A DNA stretch of 64,000 nucleotides, from the NCBI GenBank assembly GCA_035546595.1, contig DASZWO010000046.1:1952-65951 (forward strand), written 5' to 3'. Below are positions 1 through 11,847 of this stretch, piece by piece (position 1 is the stretch's first letter; the number at the start of each line of letters is the position of its first letter). The notes under the pieces were generated by a model that saw nothing but the letters and a program-made list of their open reading frames with translations, searched no databases and had not been told where the DNA came from. Origin of the DNA: Opitutaceae bacterium (GTDB lineage: Bacteria > Verrucomicrobiota > Verrucomicrobiia > Opitutales > Opitutaceae). The position numbers were made by a program, and so were the translations under genes.

Positions 1-891
1 TCGCCCGTGCTCCGGCCCTTCGTGGGCCGGCCCTACCGCAAGTGCGTCCTGGCGCCCGTCGGCTGCTCCAGCAACCTCTGCCCCTACGAGGACCATCCCT
101 TCCCCCACCGATATTTCGACGGCACGGTCTATCTCAACCTCACCAGCGACCCGTTCGCCTTCCCCGAGGCGGAGTGGGACCGCATCGTGGTCGAGCTGCA
201 GGCCACCCAGCCCGAGGTGCTGGAGGGGGAGCCGGTCTATCTCTCGCTCCTGGCCCGCGCGGCGCAGCGGCGCGGGGTGAAGGTGCCGAGCGTCAAGGCC
301 GTCATCCTCACCTACGGCAAGGCCAGCCGCCAGCACAGCCGGCGGATCGCGGAGGTCTTTCCCGCGCCGCAGGTCGACCTCTACGGCTCGACCGAGGCCG
401 GCTACCTCTTCGTCGGGACCGCCTTCGGGGGCGACTCCCAGGCGATCGACGCCAACGCCTTCATCGAACTTGTGCCCTGGCGCGGGCACGCCGACGTCTT
501 CCAGACCTTCGTCACCACCCGCGACCGCCAGGCGATGCCGCTGCTGCGCTACCACACCGGCGACATCGTGCAGCGGACGGACCGGGGTTACCGCATCCTC
601 GGCCGCGAGGCGGGCCTGTACTTCCGGCCGGACGGCAGCCTGGTCTCGGCGGACGACGTCGACGCGGCCCTGCCCGGGGCCTTCGCCTGCTGGCACTACC
701 AGCTGGTGCAGACCGGCGAGAACCGCTGGGACTTTCACTACGTCGCCGATGAGACCGCCGACCACCCCGCGGTCGAGGCGGCGCTGGCGCGGCTGCTGGG
801 CGAGGGCGTGCGGGTCAGCGCCTTCCGCCGCCGGGCGATCGCGCCCGCGGCCAGCGGGAAGTTCGCGCTGCTCAAGCCCCTAGGGCGCTGA
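1..891 (+). CDS. Adenylate-forming enzyme, phenylacetate-CoA ligase / F390-synthetase-like; 5' end lies outside the window
   Basis: The frame of track ORF 7..891 is open from base 1. ANL-type motifs are present: LYGSTEAGY, YHTGDIV, and a C-terminal SGKFALL (catalytic-Lys context). GC3 is high. The family call rests on motif recollection only. Confidence 0.6.
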   Translation, partial: SPVLRPFVGRPYRKCVLAPVGCSSNLCPYEDHPFPHRYFDGTVYLNLTSDPFAFPEAEWDRIVVELQATQPEVLEGEPVYLSLLARAAQRRGVKVPSVKAVILTYGKASRQHSRRIAEVFPAPQVDLYGSTEAGYLFVGTAFGGDSQAIDANAFIELVPWRGHADVFQTFVTTRDRQAMPLLRYHTGDIVQRTDRGYRILGREAGLYFRPDGSLVSADDVDAALPGAFACWHYQLVQTGENRWDFHYVADETADHPAVEAALARLLGEGVRVSAFRRRAIAPAASGKFALLKPLGR

Positions 892-2041
892 CGGGCGCGG
901 CGCGCCGGCGCCGGAGCAGGAAGAGGGCCGCCAGGGAGAGGCCGACGAAGATCGCGCCGTACGCCGCGGGCTCGGGCGTCATCTTGGTGGTCGAGAACTC
1001 GAGGCCGTTCACCGCCATGAGGTCGATGCCGCCATAGTTCCCGTCGCCGGTGGTGGTGTTGTCCGAGGTGTTGGTCGGGTAAATCGAGGTGTTGAGGTAG
1101 TTGACCAGGTCGGCGCTGATGGTGGTGTTGATGGTCACCGCGCTGGTGGCGCTGGTGTACACGTCGGCGGCCATGATCGAGTAGCCGTAGATGGTGGTGC
1201 CGGAGCTGATGCCGAGCTGGCTCATCGTCAAGACCACCCCGCCCACGCCCTGGTCGCCCAGGTCCGTCGAGACGATGCCGGCGCCGGTGACCGCGTTGTC
1301 CGAATCGGAGATGTTGTTCACGCTGGTGGTGTCGTCGTAGCGAAAGACGGTGTAGTTCTGGTTCCCGACGGGGTTCGCGGAGGTGTCGTATTCCGAGGGC
1401 GTGACGGTGATGAGCTTGCCGCCGTAGGCGGTGGGATTGCCGTTCGAGTCCACCGCGGTGATGACCGCGATCTTGAAGCTGTCGTGGTTGCTGGCGTTGC
1501 CGCGGTCGAAGACGGCGAAGGCCTGGCCGTTGGTGGCGGTCTCGCCGGACTGGTTCAGGATGAAGTCCAGCCGCTCGACGTCGTCGCTCGACTGGGTGTT
1601 GCCGTTGTTGTTGGTGAAGAGATTGTCCGAGCCCTCGTAGAGGTTGTTGCCGAGGAGGGCGGTGTTGGCGTTGGACTCGTAGACGCCCTCGTAGGTGGGG
1701 TGGCCGGAGGTGCCGGAGTAGGCGTACCACTGCGAGTAGTGGTCGGCGCCGTAGGTGTCGCTGGCGGTGTTCCGCCGGATGATCGCCTCCTGCGCGGAGG
1801 CGGCGGCGTAGTAGGTCGTGCCGCCGGCGGAGAAATTGATCACCTGGAGCTGGTTGTTGTCGAACGTCACGGTCTCGGTGCCGTTGTCCGCGGTGGCGGT
1901 GGTCGGCGTTCCGGTGATCAGCTGGGTGGTGATGCTGGTGATGGCGGTCTGGGCGCACAGGCTGGCGGCGCTGGCCAGCACCAGGGCCAGGGCGGTCAGC
2001 CAGGCGGCCACGGAGCGGGAGGGTGGGACCGACACTTTCAC
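872..2041 (-). CDS. Secreted Thr/Ser/Asn-rich protein with C-terminal PEP-CTERM sorting signal
   Basis: N-terminal signal peptide (AAWLTALALVLASAASLCAQ). C-terminus reads TPEPAAYGAIFVGLSLAALFLLRRRR, i.e. PEP motif, TM helix and Arg cluster. GTG start at 2041. Confidence 0.8.
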   Translation of the reverse strand: MKVSVPPSRSVAAWLTALALVLASAASLCAQTAITSITTQLITGTPTTATADNGTETVTFDNNQLQVINFSAGGTTYYAAASAQEAIIRRNTASDTYGADHYSQWYAYSGTSGHPTYEGVYESNANTALLGNNLYEGSDNLFTNNNGNTQSSDDVERLDFILNQSGETATNGQAFAVFDRGNASNHDSFKIAVITAVDSNGNPTAYGGKLITVTPSEYDTSANPVGNQNYTVFRYDDTTSVNNISDSDNAVTGAGIVSTDLGDQGVGGVVLTMSQLGISSGTTIYGYSIMAADVYTSATSAVTINTTISADLVNYLNTSIYPTNTSDNTTTGDGNYGGIDLMAVNGLEFSTTKMTPEPAAYGAIFVGLSLAALFLLRRRRAAPVSALGA

Positions 2042-2148
2042 GGTTCCCAGGCTAAAACCGGCCCCGGGGGAGCCCCAGTCAAAAGGGATGCGTAGAACTA
2101 CTCCCTGGAACGTGTTGTGGGCCCGGGCGCTACCTGATTTCAGATGAT

Positions 2149-3882
2149 ATGCCCCATTTCCAGCTCCCTTGGTCCCGGTTCCCCGGCCCGGAGGACGAGG
2201 GGCTGGTTCCGGCCAGGCCCTTCCGGTGGCGGCTCTGGCTGGGCCTCGGCGTGGGGCTGCTGGTGGTGGCGGTGGGGCTGGGCCTCTGGCTCGCGCCCCG
2301 GCTGGAGCGCAACCTCTCGGCCCGGTCCGTCCGCGAGGCGCAGGAGATGCTCCGCGACCAGGACTACCGCCGCGCCCAGCTGCTGCTGGAGCAGGCGGTC
2401 CAGTCCAATCCGGGCGACTTCCAGACCCGCCGCGAGCTGGCCAAATTCTACGAGGACGCGGGCTCGCCCCGCGGCCTCATCATCTGGAGGCAGCTGATCG
2501 AGGCGGAGCCCAGCAACGACGCCGACCGGGTGGCGTACGCCAGCTTCGCCCTGCTGATGAACGACCTGGTGGCGGCCCGCTCGGCCCTGGCGGGCGTCGG
2601 CGCGGCGGGGCGGACCACGGTCGAATACCACCGCGCGGTGGCCGGCCTCGCCCTGCGCGACGGCGACCAGAAGAAGCTGGAGGGCGAGCTGGCGGAGCTG
2701 GCCGTCCTCGAGCCCGACAACCAGCGCGCCCAGTTCAACCATGCCGCGATCGAGCTGGCGATGGGCGCGGGCGCGCCGGCCCGCGGCGACGAGGCGATCC
2801 GGGTCCTGGCCAAGCTGGCCCGGGGCGACCAGCTGAGGATCCGGGCCACCCTGGAGCTGATCCGCGCCGACAGCCGCGCGCGCGCCCCGAACTATGCCGC
2901 GCTGGCGGAGCAGATCCTCCCCGCCCGCCATGGCGCCGAGTCTTTCCTGGCCTGGGCCGCCCCCCCGCGGGGGCTGATCGACCTCATCGCCTACATGGAA
3001 AACCAGCCCAAGCCGCAGCCGGAGGACGCCGCCCTCCTGGCCGACTGGATGCGCCGGCAGGGCCTGGTCTCCGAGGCGGCGTTTTGGCTTTCCCAGCTGG
3101 ATCCCCGGGTCCAGCGCACGGTGTCGGTGCTGGCGGTGCGCGCCGCCTGCTCCGTCCAGCTCCGCGACTGGCGCGGCCTGGAAAACACCCTCCGCGCGGG
3201 CGCCTGGGGCCGGGCTTCGGACGAGGCCCTCGACCTCGCCTTCGCCGCCAACCTCCAGCGGGAGAGCCGCCACGAGGAGCACGGCAAGGACACCTGGAAC
3301 GACGCGCTGGACTCGGCCGGCGGCTCGCTGGAATCGCTCCACGTCCTGCTCCGCCTGGCGGGCGAGGTCGGCTGGACGGAGGCCACCTCCCTCACCCTCG
3401 AGCGGCTGGTGAAGGTCAATCCCCACGAGATCCAGGCCTGGAACGCCCTGGTGGCGATCGACATCGCGCAGGGAGCCACCCAGCGGCTGGTGCAGCGCTA
3501 CGACGCCTGGCACCGCGCCGAGCCGGCCAACCCCGAGACCAAGGGCGGCCTGGCCTGGCTCGAGGTCCTGCTGGCCAAGCGCAATCCCCCGGTTTCGCTC
3601 GATCCCGATCCGGCGGAGAAGGGCGACGCGGCCTGGGCGGCCGCCCAGGCCCTCCGCCTCCACCAGCGCGGGCGCGACGGCGAGGCCCTGGCCTCGCTCG
3701 AAGGCCTCAACCGGGCCCAGCAGGGAGATCGGCGGGTCCTCCTGATCCGCGGGCTCATCCTCTCCGGCATGGGCCGCCGCTCCGAGAGCGACAAGTCGCT
3801 GACCGCGGCGGCCGCCAGCCCCCTGCTTCCGGAGGAGAGCGCCCTCCTCAAGATGGCGCGCGCCCACAACGGCTCGGGCTGA
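2149..3882 (+). CDS. Membrane-anchored Ala/Leu-rich TPR-like repeat protein (hypothetical)
   Basis: Single N-terminal TM helix (WLGLGVGLLVVAVGLGLWLA) followed by helical-repeat sequence (e.g. YRRAQLLLEQAVQSNPGDFQTRRELAKFYEDAG). Coding-type GC3. Confidence 0.6.
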   Translation: MPHFQLPWSRFPGPEDEGLVPARPFRWRLWLGLGVGLLVVAVGLGLWLAPRLERNLSARSVREAQEMLRDQDYRRAQLLLEQAVQSNPGDFQTRRELAKFYEDAGSPRGLIIWRQLIEAEPSNDADRVAYASFALLMNDLVAARSALAGVGAAGRTTVEYHRAVAGLALRDGDQKKLEGELAELAVLEPDNQRAQFNHAAIELAMGAGAPARGDEAIRVLAKLARGDQLRIRATLELIRADSRARAPNYAALAEQILPARHGAESFLAWAAPPRGLIDLIAYMENQPKPQPEDAALLADWMRRQGLVSEAAFWLSQLDPRVQRTVSVLAVRAACSVQLRDWRGLENTLRAGAWGRASDEALDLAFAANLQRESRHEEHGKDTWNDALDSAGGSLESLHVLLRLAGEVGWTEATSLTLERLVKVNPHEIQAWNALVAIDIAQGATQRLVQRYDAWHRAEPANPETKGGLAWLEVLLAKRNPPVSLDPDPAEKGDAAWAAAQALRLHQRGRDGEALASLEGLNRAQQGDRRVLLIRGLILSGMGRRSESDKSLTAAAASPLLPEESALLKMARAHNGSG

Positions 3883-3892
3883 ATCGCCCCTG

Positions 3893-3898
3893 TATAAT
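3893..3898 (+). promoter_or_regulatory. Candidate -10 box (TATAAT) upstream of sdhC
   Basis: Exact TATAAT preceded by TG, within an otherwise GC-rich intergenic region about 100 nt upstream of the sdhC ATG. No convincing -35 element was seen. Confidence 0.25.
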
Positions 3899-3994
3899 CC
3901 AAAAGGTTAGGGTCGCTAATAAGCGCGCCCGCCCCCTCCCGCTCCTTTACTCCCGGGCGGCGCGCGGCGAATGTGTCCTCACCCCAAGGTACCC

Positions 3995-4759
3995 ATGAAT
4001 CTCGCCGGCAGATTGTTCTGCACCACCATCGGCCGAAAGCTCCTCGTGGCGGTGACCGGCGTTTTCCTCATCCTGTTCATCATCGGGCACTTGATCGGCA
4101 ACCTTCAGGTCTTCGAGGACCCGGACAAGATCAACGGCTACGCCCATTTCCTCCGCTCCCTCGGGCCGGGCCTGTGGATCGCGCGGGTGGTGCTGCTGGC
4201 CTGCGCGGCGATCCACATCTGGGCGGCAAGCGCCCTGGCGATCGCCGACCGCAAGGCGCGCGGCCCGCAGGAATATAAGATGAACCGGTGGCTCGAGGCG
4301 ACGTTCGCCTCCCGCTATATGCGCTGGACCGGTTATGTGGTCCTGGCGTTCGTGCTATATCATCTGGCCCAGTTCACCTGGGGCGGCGTCCAGAGCGCGA
4401 CCTTCAAGGACAACCTGCCGGCCTACACCATGGCTCACGACTACACCGCCTTCGGCTTCGTCGCCGTCCCGGCCGGCACCCAGGTGCCCGATGTGCGCAC
4501 GATGGTGATCCGCGGCTTCCAAAACCCGGTGGTGGCGGTCTTCTACATCGTCGCGGTGGGGCTGCTCTCGCTCCATCTCCTCCACGGCGTCGAGAGCCTG
4601 TTCCAGACCCTCGGCTGGCGGAATTCCCGCTGGAGCCGCGGCCTGCGCGCGGCGGTGGCCCTGGCCTGCGCCGCCTATTTCCTCGGCAACCTCTCCATCC
4701 CCGGGGCCGTCCTGGCCGGGGAGCTGCAACCCGCCGCGCCGGCCACCGCCCGCCGCTGA
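3995..4759 (+). CDS. sdhC: Succinate dehydrogenase / fumarate reductase cytochrome b subunit (b558 family)
   Basis: Polytopic protein starting [40 protein letters not shown], directly upstream of sdhA and sdhB. The ATG at 3995 is preferred over the track start at 3971. Confidence 0.8.
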   Translation: MNLAGRLFCTTIGRKLLVAVTGVFLILFIIGHLIGNLQVFEDPDKINGYAHFLRSLGPGLWIARVVLLACAAIHIWAASALAIADRKARGPQEYKMNRWLEATFASRYMRWTGYVVLAFVLYHLAQFTWGGVQSATFKDNLPAYTMAHDYTAFGFVAVPAGTQVPDVRTMVIRGFQNPVVAVFYIVAVGLLSLHLLHGVESLFQTLGWRNSRWSRGLRAAVALACAAYFLGNLSIPGAVLAGELQPAAPATARR

Positions 4760-4762
4760 CCC

Positions 4763-6684
<1,922 letters not shown>

Positions 6685-6685
<1 letters not shown>

Positions 6686-7488
6686 TGTCCTCTTCCCCTC
6701 CGACCCTTTCCGTCACCCTCCGCGTCTGGCGCCAGCCCGGCGCGAGCCAGCCGGGGCGCTTCGTCGACTATCCGGCGCGGAATCTCAACCCGAGCATGTC
6801 CTTCCTCGAGATGCTCGACGTGGTCAACGACGAGCTGACCGCGAAGGGGGAGGAGCCGATCGCCTTCGCCCACGACTGCCGCGAGGGCATCTGCGGGACC
6901 TGCTCGCTGATGATCGACGGCAAGCCGCACGGCCCGCACCGGGGCGTGGCCACCTGCCAGACCTACCTCCGCAGCTTCCAGGACGGGGACGTGATCGTGG
7001 TCGAGCCTTTCCGCGCCCGGGCCTTTCCGGTGATCAAGGACCTGGTGACCGACCGCTCGGCCTTCGATCAGATCCAGCAGGCGGGCGGCTTCGTCACCGT
7101 GCGGACGGGCTCGGCGCCCGAGGCCAACAATCTGCCGGTGCCGAAGGACGACTCCGACCTGGCGATGGACGCGGCGGCCTGCATCGGCTGCGGCGCGTGC
7201 GTCGCGGCCTGCAAGAACGCGAGCGCCATGCTCTTTGTCGCCGCCAAGGTTTCGCACCTCGGGCTGCTGCCCCAGGGCCAGGCCGAGCGCGACCGGCGGG
7301 TGCTGGCCATGGTCCAGACGATGGACGCGGCGGGCTTCGGCGGCTGCACCAACCAATACGAGTGCGGCGCGGCCTGCCCCAAGCTGATTTCGGTCGACTT
7401 CATCGCCCGGCTGAACCGGGACTACCGGCGGGCCTCGTTCCGGGCCGCCTTCCGGCCCCAGCCGCTCGAGGCGGGCGGATCCGGCTGA
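6685..7488 (+). CDS. sdhB: Succinate dehydrogenase / fumarate reductase iron-sulfur subunit
   Basis: Cys clusters [20 protein letters not shown] and CGAACPK. The ATG overlaps the sdhA stop (TGATG at 6683-6687). Only the last 267 codons of track ORF 4288..7488 are coding. Confidence 0.9.
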
Positions 7489-7495
7489 GCCGGCC

Positions 7496-7750
7496 CTAGA
7501 ATACCGAGAACGCGCGGGCGCTTTCGACCACGAACCAGGCGGCGCCGAGCACGAGCAGGGCGAGCATGCCCTGCTTCAGCAGCTGGCGGCCCCGCAGGAC
7601 CGCGTCCTGGAGGTTGGTGTCGATCGTGCGGCGGTTGTTCTGCGAAATAAAGCTGACGAAGCGCGGGTCGCGGAAGCGGCCCCGGGGATCGCGCGCCAAC
7701 CCCATCCGGATCGCCGGACGATGCAGAAGGTTTTTGAGCGCGCGGAGCAT
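7496..7750 (-). CDS. Small hypothetical protein with C-terminal TM helix
   Basis: ATG at 7750 (MLRALKNLL...). High GC3. C-terminal hydrophobic segment GMLALLVLGAAWFVV. No family recognised. Confidence 0.4.
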   Translation of the reverse strand: MLRALKNLLHRPAIRMGLARDPRGRFRDPRFVSFISQNNRRTIDTNLQDAVLRGRQLLKQGMLALLVLGAAWFVVESARAFSVF

Positions 7751-7826
7751 AATGGGATAACCAGCAGTTATATCGGTACTTTTTGGTCGTTTTTTCAACG
7801 GGAAAGTGGAGTCTCCCTGGCCGCGC

Positions 7827-9131
7827 ATGCACCACTTCCGCTACACGGGCCAGAACCTGACCTGCGAGTCGGTCGACCTCGCGGAGGTCGCCCGCCTCTA
7901 CGGCACCCCGACCTACGTCTACAGCGCCACCACCATGGCCGACAATTACCGCCGGCTGCTCAACGGGTTAGGCGGGTTGGACGTCGAGCTGGCCTACGCG
8001 GTCAAGGCCAACTCCTCCCTGGCGGTCCTCCGGCACTTTTCGAACCTGGGGGCGGCCTTCGACTTCACCGGGATCGGGGAGCTGCGCCGGGTCCTGGCGG
8101 CGGGGGCCCGGATGTCCGCCAGCGTCTTCGCCGGGGTGGGCAAGACCGAGGAGGAGATCGCCCTCTCCCTGGAGAACGGGCTTTCGGCCTTCCACGTCGA
8201 GAGCGAGCCCGAGCTGGCCCGCATCAACCACGTGGCCGGCCGGCTCGGACGGAAGGCGGCGATCGCCATCCGGGTGAACCCGGACGTCGACGCCCACACC
8301 CACGCCAAGATCACCACCGGCAAGAGCGACAACAAGTTCGGCATCCCGATCTCGGCCGCGCCCGCCGCCTACGAGGCGGCGGCCAAGATGAAGCACATCG
8401 AGATCGCCGGGGTCCAGGCCCACATCGGCTCCCAGATCACCTCGGTCGGCCCCTTCGTCGAGGAGGTGAAGAAGCTCGCGCCCCTGGCCGCCGACCTGAA
8501 GCAGAAGTACGGGATCCGCTACCTTTCGATCGGGGGGGGCATCGGCATCGTCTACCGCGACGCCCTGGCCAGCGGCCAGGCCGCCTGGTGGGACGCCCAG
8601 CCCGAGGGCCAGCGGCCGCTGACCTTCGAGGCCTACGGCCGGGCGCTGACCCCGCTGCTCCAGCCCCTCGGGCTCAAGATCCTCCTGGAGATGGGCCGGT
8701 CCATGGTGGGCAACGCCGGAGTGCTGCTCACCCGGGTCGAGTATCTCAAGCGCGGGCAGGGGAAGAACTTCCTGGTGGTCGACTCCGCCATGAACGACCT
8801 CGTCCGCCCGGCGATGTACGACGCCTACCACGAGATCGTGCCCCTCCACCGGGACACCACCCGCCCGGCGCTGGTGGCCGACGTGGTCGGGCCGATCTGC
8901 GAGACCGGGGACTGCTTCGCCCGCGACCGCCAGCTGCAGTCGGTGGGAGAGGGCGAGTACCTCGCCATCATGAGCGCCGGCGCCTACGGGCGGGTCATGG
9001 CCAGCCGCTACAACAGCCGCTCCCTCCCCGCCGAGGTGCTGGTCCAGGGCAGCGCCTTCGAGCTGGTGACGCCCCGGGAGACCTTCGAGCAGACCATCGC
9101 GGGCGAGAAGATTCCGGCCTTTCTCAAGTAG
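7827..9131 (+). CDS. lysA: Diaminopimelate decarboxylase
   Basis: YGTPTYVYS, AYAVKANS (PLP Lys), SIGGGIGI and GPICETGD motifs. The ATG at 7827 (MHHFRY...) is preferred over the GTG at 7806. Confidence 0.9.
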   Translation: MHHFRYTGQNLTCESVDLAEVARLYGTPTYVYSATTMADNYRRLLNGLGGLDVELAYAVKANSSLAVLRHFSNLGAAFDFTGIGELRRVLAAGARMSASVFAGVGKTEEEIALSLENGLSAFHVESEPELARINHVAGRLGRKAAIAIRVNPDVDAHTHAKITTGKSDNKFGIPISAAPAAYEAAAKMKHIEIAGVQAHIGSQITSVGPFVEEVKKLAPLAADLKQKYGIRYLSIGGGIGIVYRDALASGQAAWWDAQPEGQRPLTFEAYGRALTPLLQPLGLKILLEMGRSMVGNAGVLLTRVEYLKRGQGKNFLVVDSAMNDLVRPAMYDAYHEIVPLHRDTTRPALVADVVGPICETGDCFARDRQLQSVGEGEYLAIMSAGAYGRVMASRYNSRSLPAEVLVQGSAFELVTPRETFEQTIAGEKIPAFLK

Positions 9132-9155
9132 CCCGGATTTGCTATAGGTCCGGCC

Positions 9156-10157
9156 ATGAACTTTGCGGTGGTCGGAGCAGGGGCCTGGGGCACGGCCTTC
9201 GCGCTGCATCTGGCGCGCACCGGCTGCGCCGTGAGCCTCGTCCCCCGCCGCGCCGACCACGCCACCGCCCTGGCCGCGCTGCGCGAGAACACCGACTACC
9301 TCCCCGGCGTGGCGCTGCCGCCCGAGGTGCGGATCGGGTCGGATCTGGCTGCCGGCCTGGGCGGGGCCGACGTCGTCTTCCTGGCCTGCCCGGCCCAGGC
9401 GCTGCGCGAGACCTGCGCGCGCATCCGGGCCGCGGGGGGGGCGCGCCGGCTGGTCTGCCTGGCCAAGGGCCTGGAGCGCGGCACGCACCTGCGGGCCTCC
9501 CAGGTCATCGCCTCGGCGCTGCCCGAGGCCCAGGTCGGCTCGCTCACCGGTCCGACCAACGCTGCCGAGGTGGCCCGCGGCCTGCCCGCCGCGATGGTGC
9601 TGGCGTCGGCGCCGCCGGCTCTCGCGGCGGAGGTCCAGGCCGCGATCAGCAACGGCAACCTCCGGGTCTACACCAGCGACGACGTCGCCGGGGTGGAGTT
9701 CGGCGGGGCGCTGAAGAACATCTACGCGATCGCCTCGGGCTGCTGCGACGGGCTGGGCCTGGGCGACAATGCCCGGGCCGCGCTGCTGACGCGGGCCCTG
9801 GCGGAGATGGTGCGGGTGGGCGCGGCCCTGGGGGCCCGGCCCGAGACCTTCTACGGCCTGAGCGGCTTCGGCGACCTGGTCGCGACCTGCCACGGCGGCT
9901 GGAGCCGCAACCGCGAATTCGGGCAGCTGGTCGGGGAGGGGGCGCGCGCCGCCGACCTCATCGCCCGCCGCAAGACCGTGGTCGAGGGCTACGAGACCAC
10001 CGAATCCTTCGCCGGCCTCTGCGTGGAGAAGCGCATCGACGCCCCCATCCTGCGCGAGATCCACGCCGTCCTCTTCGCCAACCGCCGCCCGGCGGACGCG
10101 CTGGCGGCGCTGATGAGCCGCGGCCTCAAGCAGGAGACCGTCGCCTCGGCCCGATAA
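9156..10157 (+). CDS. gpsA: NAD(P)H-dependent glycerol-3-phosphate dehydrogenase
   Basis: N-terminal VVGAGAWGTA Rossmann motif and GGALKNIYAIASG motif; 333 aa. Confidence 0.9.
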   Translation: MNFAVVGAGAWGTAFALHLARTGCAVSLVPRRADHATALAALRENTDYLPGVALPPEVRIGSDLAAGLGGADVVFLACPAQALRETCARIRAAGGARRLVCLAKGLERGTHLRASQVIASALPEAQVGSLTGPTNAAEVARGLPAAMVLASAPPALAAEVQAAISNGNLRVYTSDDVAGVEFGGALKNIYAIASGCCDGLGLGDNARAALLTRALAEMVRVGAALGARPETFYGLSGFGDLVATCHGGWSRNREFGQLVGEGARAADLIARRKTVVEGYETTESFAGLCVEKRIDAPILREIHAVLFANRRPADALAALMSRGLKQETVASAR

Positions 10158-10305
10158 GCGTCTCTTTCCCCATCGTCTCTTTCTATTGCGCTATTTACAG
10201 AGATATATATTCGGGTCTCAGCCGCTGCGGGCCGCTCGCCGGTGTAACCTTTGTCGTCGGATTTTTGGTTTTGCTCGAAACGAAAAACCGCGACATTAGG
10301 GGGTT

Positions 10306-11004
10306 ATGTCCACGCGCGCGGTCATCATCGAAGACGAGGCGGTATTCCGACAGATGCTGGCGATGGCGTTGGGCCGGGTGCGCGGGCTCCAGGTCGCCGG
10401 TTCCTTCGGCGACGGGCAGGCCGGACTGGAATTCTGCCTCCGGACCAAGCCGAGCCTGGTGGTGGTCGACCTTTACCTGCCGGGCATGCACGGGCTGGAG
10501 GTGATCAAGTCGGTCCGGGCCAGCCTGCCGGCCACCCGCATCCTGGTGCTAACCGGCCACCCGGACGGCGAGCTGCCCGCCCGCCTCATCGCCCAGGGGG
10601 TCCACGGCTTCGTCGACAAGAACGCCCCGATCAACTACGTCCTCCAGGCGGTCGAGTCGGTGATGAACGGCGGCATGTTCTTCGCCGCCCACGTTCCGCC
10701 GAACACCGACGAGAAGGCCGCCAAGGCGGCCACTGCCGGCCCCAAGGTGCAGCCTGACGTCAAAACCGGCCCGACCGGAACCTCGATCGAGGCGGTGCAG
10801 ATGCTTTCGGGCCGCGAGATCGAGGTCGCCCGGCTGGTGGCGGAGGGCTTCTCCTCGAAGGAGATCGCGGTGCGCCTGGACCTGAGCGTGCGGACGGTGG
10901 AGAAGCACCGCGCCAACATCATGGACAAGGTCGGCGTCCGCGAGGTCGCCAGCCTGGTCCGCTGGTGCGTCCAGTCCGGGATCGTCCGTCCCGGCCAGCG
11001 CTAG
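10306..11004 (+). CDS. Response regulator, NarL/LuxR family (REC + LuxR HTH) with long linker
   Basis: REC domain: IIEDE, VVVDLYLPGMHG (phospho-Asp), LVLTG, FVDKN. C-terminal LSGREIEVARLVAEGFSSKEIAVRLDLSVRTVEKHRANIM. Confidence 0.9.
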   Translation: MSTRAVIIEDEAVFRQMLAMALGRVRGLQVAGSFGDGQAGLEFCLRTKPSLVVVDLYLPGMHGLEVIKSVRASLPATRILVLTGHPDGELPARLIAQGVHGFVDKNAPINYVLQAVESVMNGGMFFAAHVPPNTDEKAAKAATAGPKVQPDVKTGPTGTSIEAVQMLSGREIEVARLVAEGFSSKEIAVRLDLSVRTVEKHRANIMDKVGVREVASLVRWCVQSGIVRPGQR

Positions 11005-11008
11005 CGGG

Positions 11009-11335
11009 TCACTCCCCGGCGAAGGCCCGGAGGGAGTCGGCCTCCTGCTCGAAGTCCCGCAGCACCCCCCGCAGGTCCTCGGGCGTGACGGAGGAGCCCG
11101 GCTCCTCCAGGTGCGATTCCAGCGCCGCCAGGCGGTCGGCCAGGGCGCCCAGCCCCATGTGCTGGGCGCTGCTTTTCAGGCTGTGGGCCGCCAGGTAGCA
11201 CTGGCGGCGGTCCCCGCTCGCGAGCATCCCGTGCAGCGAGGGAAACTCCTGGAGGAAGATGCGCACGAGCTCGCGCACGTCGTCCTCGCTGAGGGCCGCC
11301 GCGAGATGGGCGAGGGTGGGGTTGGGCGCGGGCAC
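11009..11335 (-). CDS. Single-domain histidine phosphotransfer (Hpt) protein
   Basis: The C-terminal 109 codons of track ORF 11009..13450 contain the Hpt signature AAHSLKSSAQHMGLGAL. The GTG at 11335 is the first plausible start after the upstream gene stop at 11356, so the start is uncertain. Confidence 0.65.
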   Translation of the reverse strand: MPAPNPTLAHLAAALSEDDVRELVRIFLQEFPSLHGMLASGDRRQCYLAAHSLKSSAQHMGLGALADRLAALESHLEEPGSSVTPEDLRGVLRDFEQEADSLRAFAGE

Positions 11336-11355
11336 CGACGAGGGGGCGGCCGCCG

Positions 11356-11790
11356 CTAGCGGGAGGAAGCCGAAGATGCGCGCGGGGCGGTTCCGGGGAG
11401 CGGGGCCAGGAGGGCGAGGCGGGTCTTCAGCCGCGCGTTCTCGGACGCGAGTTCGGCCACCTGGTCCTGGAGCTGGCGGACCCGCTCGCGCAGGGCCTGG
11501 GCCTGCGCGGCCAGGGGGGCCTGGGGCCGGAGGACGGCGAGTTCGGAGGCCTCCTTCGCCTCCTGGTCCTTCAGCCGGCTGTTCTGGTCGTCGAGCAGGG
11601 AGTAGCTGTGCAGCGCCGTGGCCAGCTTGTCCTGGGCGTCCGCCAGCTGCTGCTTGAGGGCCGCGACGTCGCTGTCGCTGGCCGCCGGCGGGGCCTCCGC
11701 CGGAGCCTCGGGGGGGGTGTCGGCGCGCAGCGCCGGGAGCGCCAGCGCGAACAGCGGCGCCAGGGCGTAGGGGAGGAGAGACTTCGGCAT
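11356..11790 (-). CDS. Secreted coiled-coil protein (hypothetical)
   Basis: Signal peptide MPKSLLPYALAPLFALALPALRA, followed by heptad-like Q/L/A/E-rich sequence. Lies between glpK and the Hpt gene on the same strand. Confidence 0.6.
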   Translation of the reverse strand: MPKSLLPYALAPLFALALPALRADTPPEAPAEAPPAASDSDVAALKQQLADAQDKLATALHSYSLLDDQNSRLKDQEAKEASELAVLRPQAPLAAQAQALRERVRQLQDQVAELASENARLKTRLALLAPLPGTAPRASSASSR

Positions 11791-11847
11791 GAGGCCGGAC
11801 CCTAGGGAGGGGGGCGGCTGGATTCAACACCGCACCCGTCGCGGCTA

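Noticed and set aside
10158-10182. Direct repeat CGTCTCTTTC x2 upstream of the NarL-type regulator
   Set aside because: Only two short copies occur in one intergenic region with nothing corroborating them, so this could be chance.
7721-10504. 927-aa + strand ORF across lysA and gpsA
   Set aside because: It is out of frame with two well-supported genes, and its composition is Arg/Gly/Pro-rich and low in complexity.
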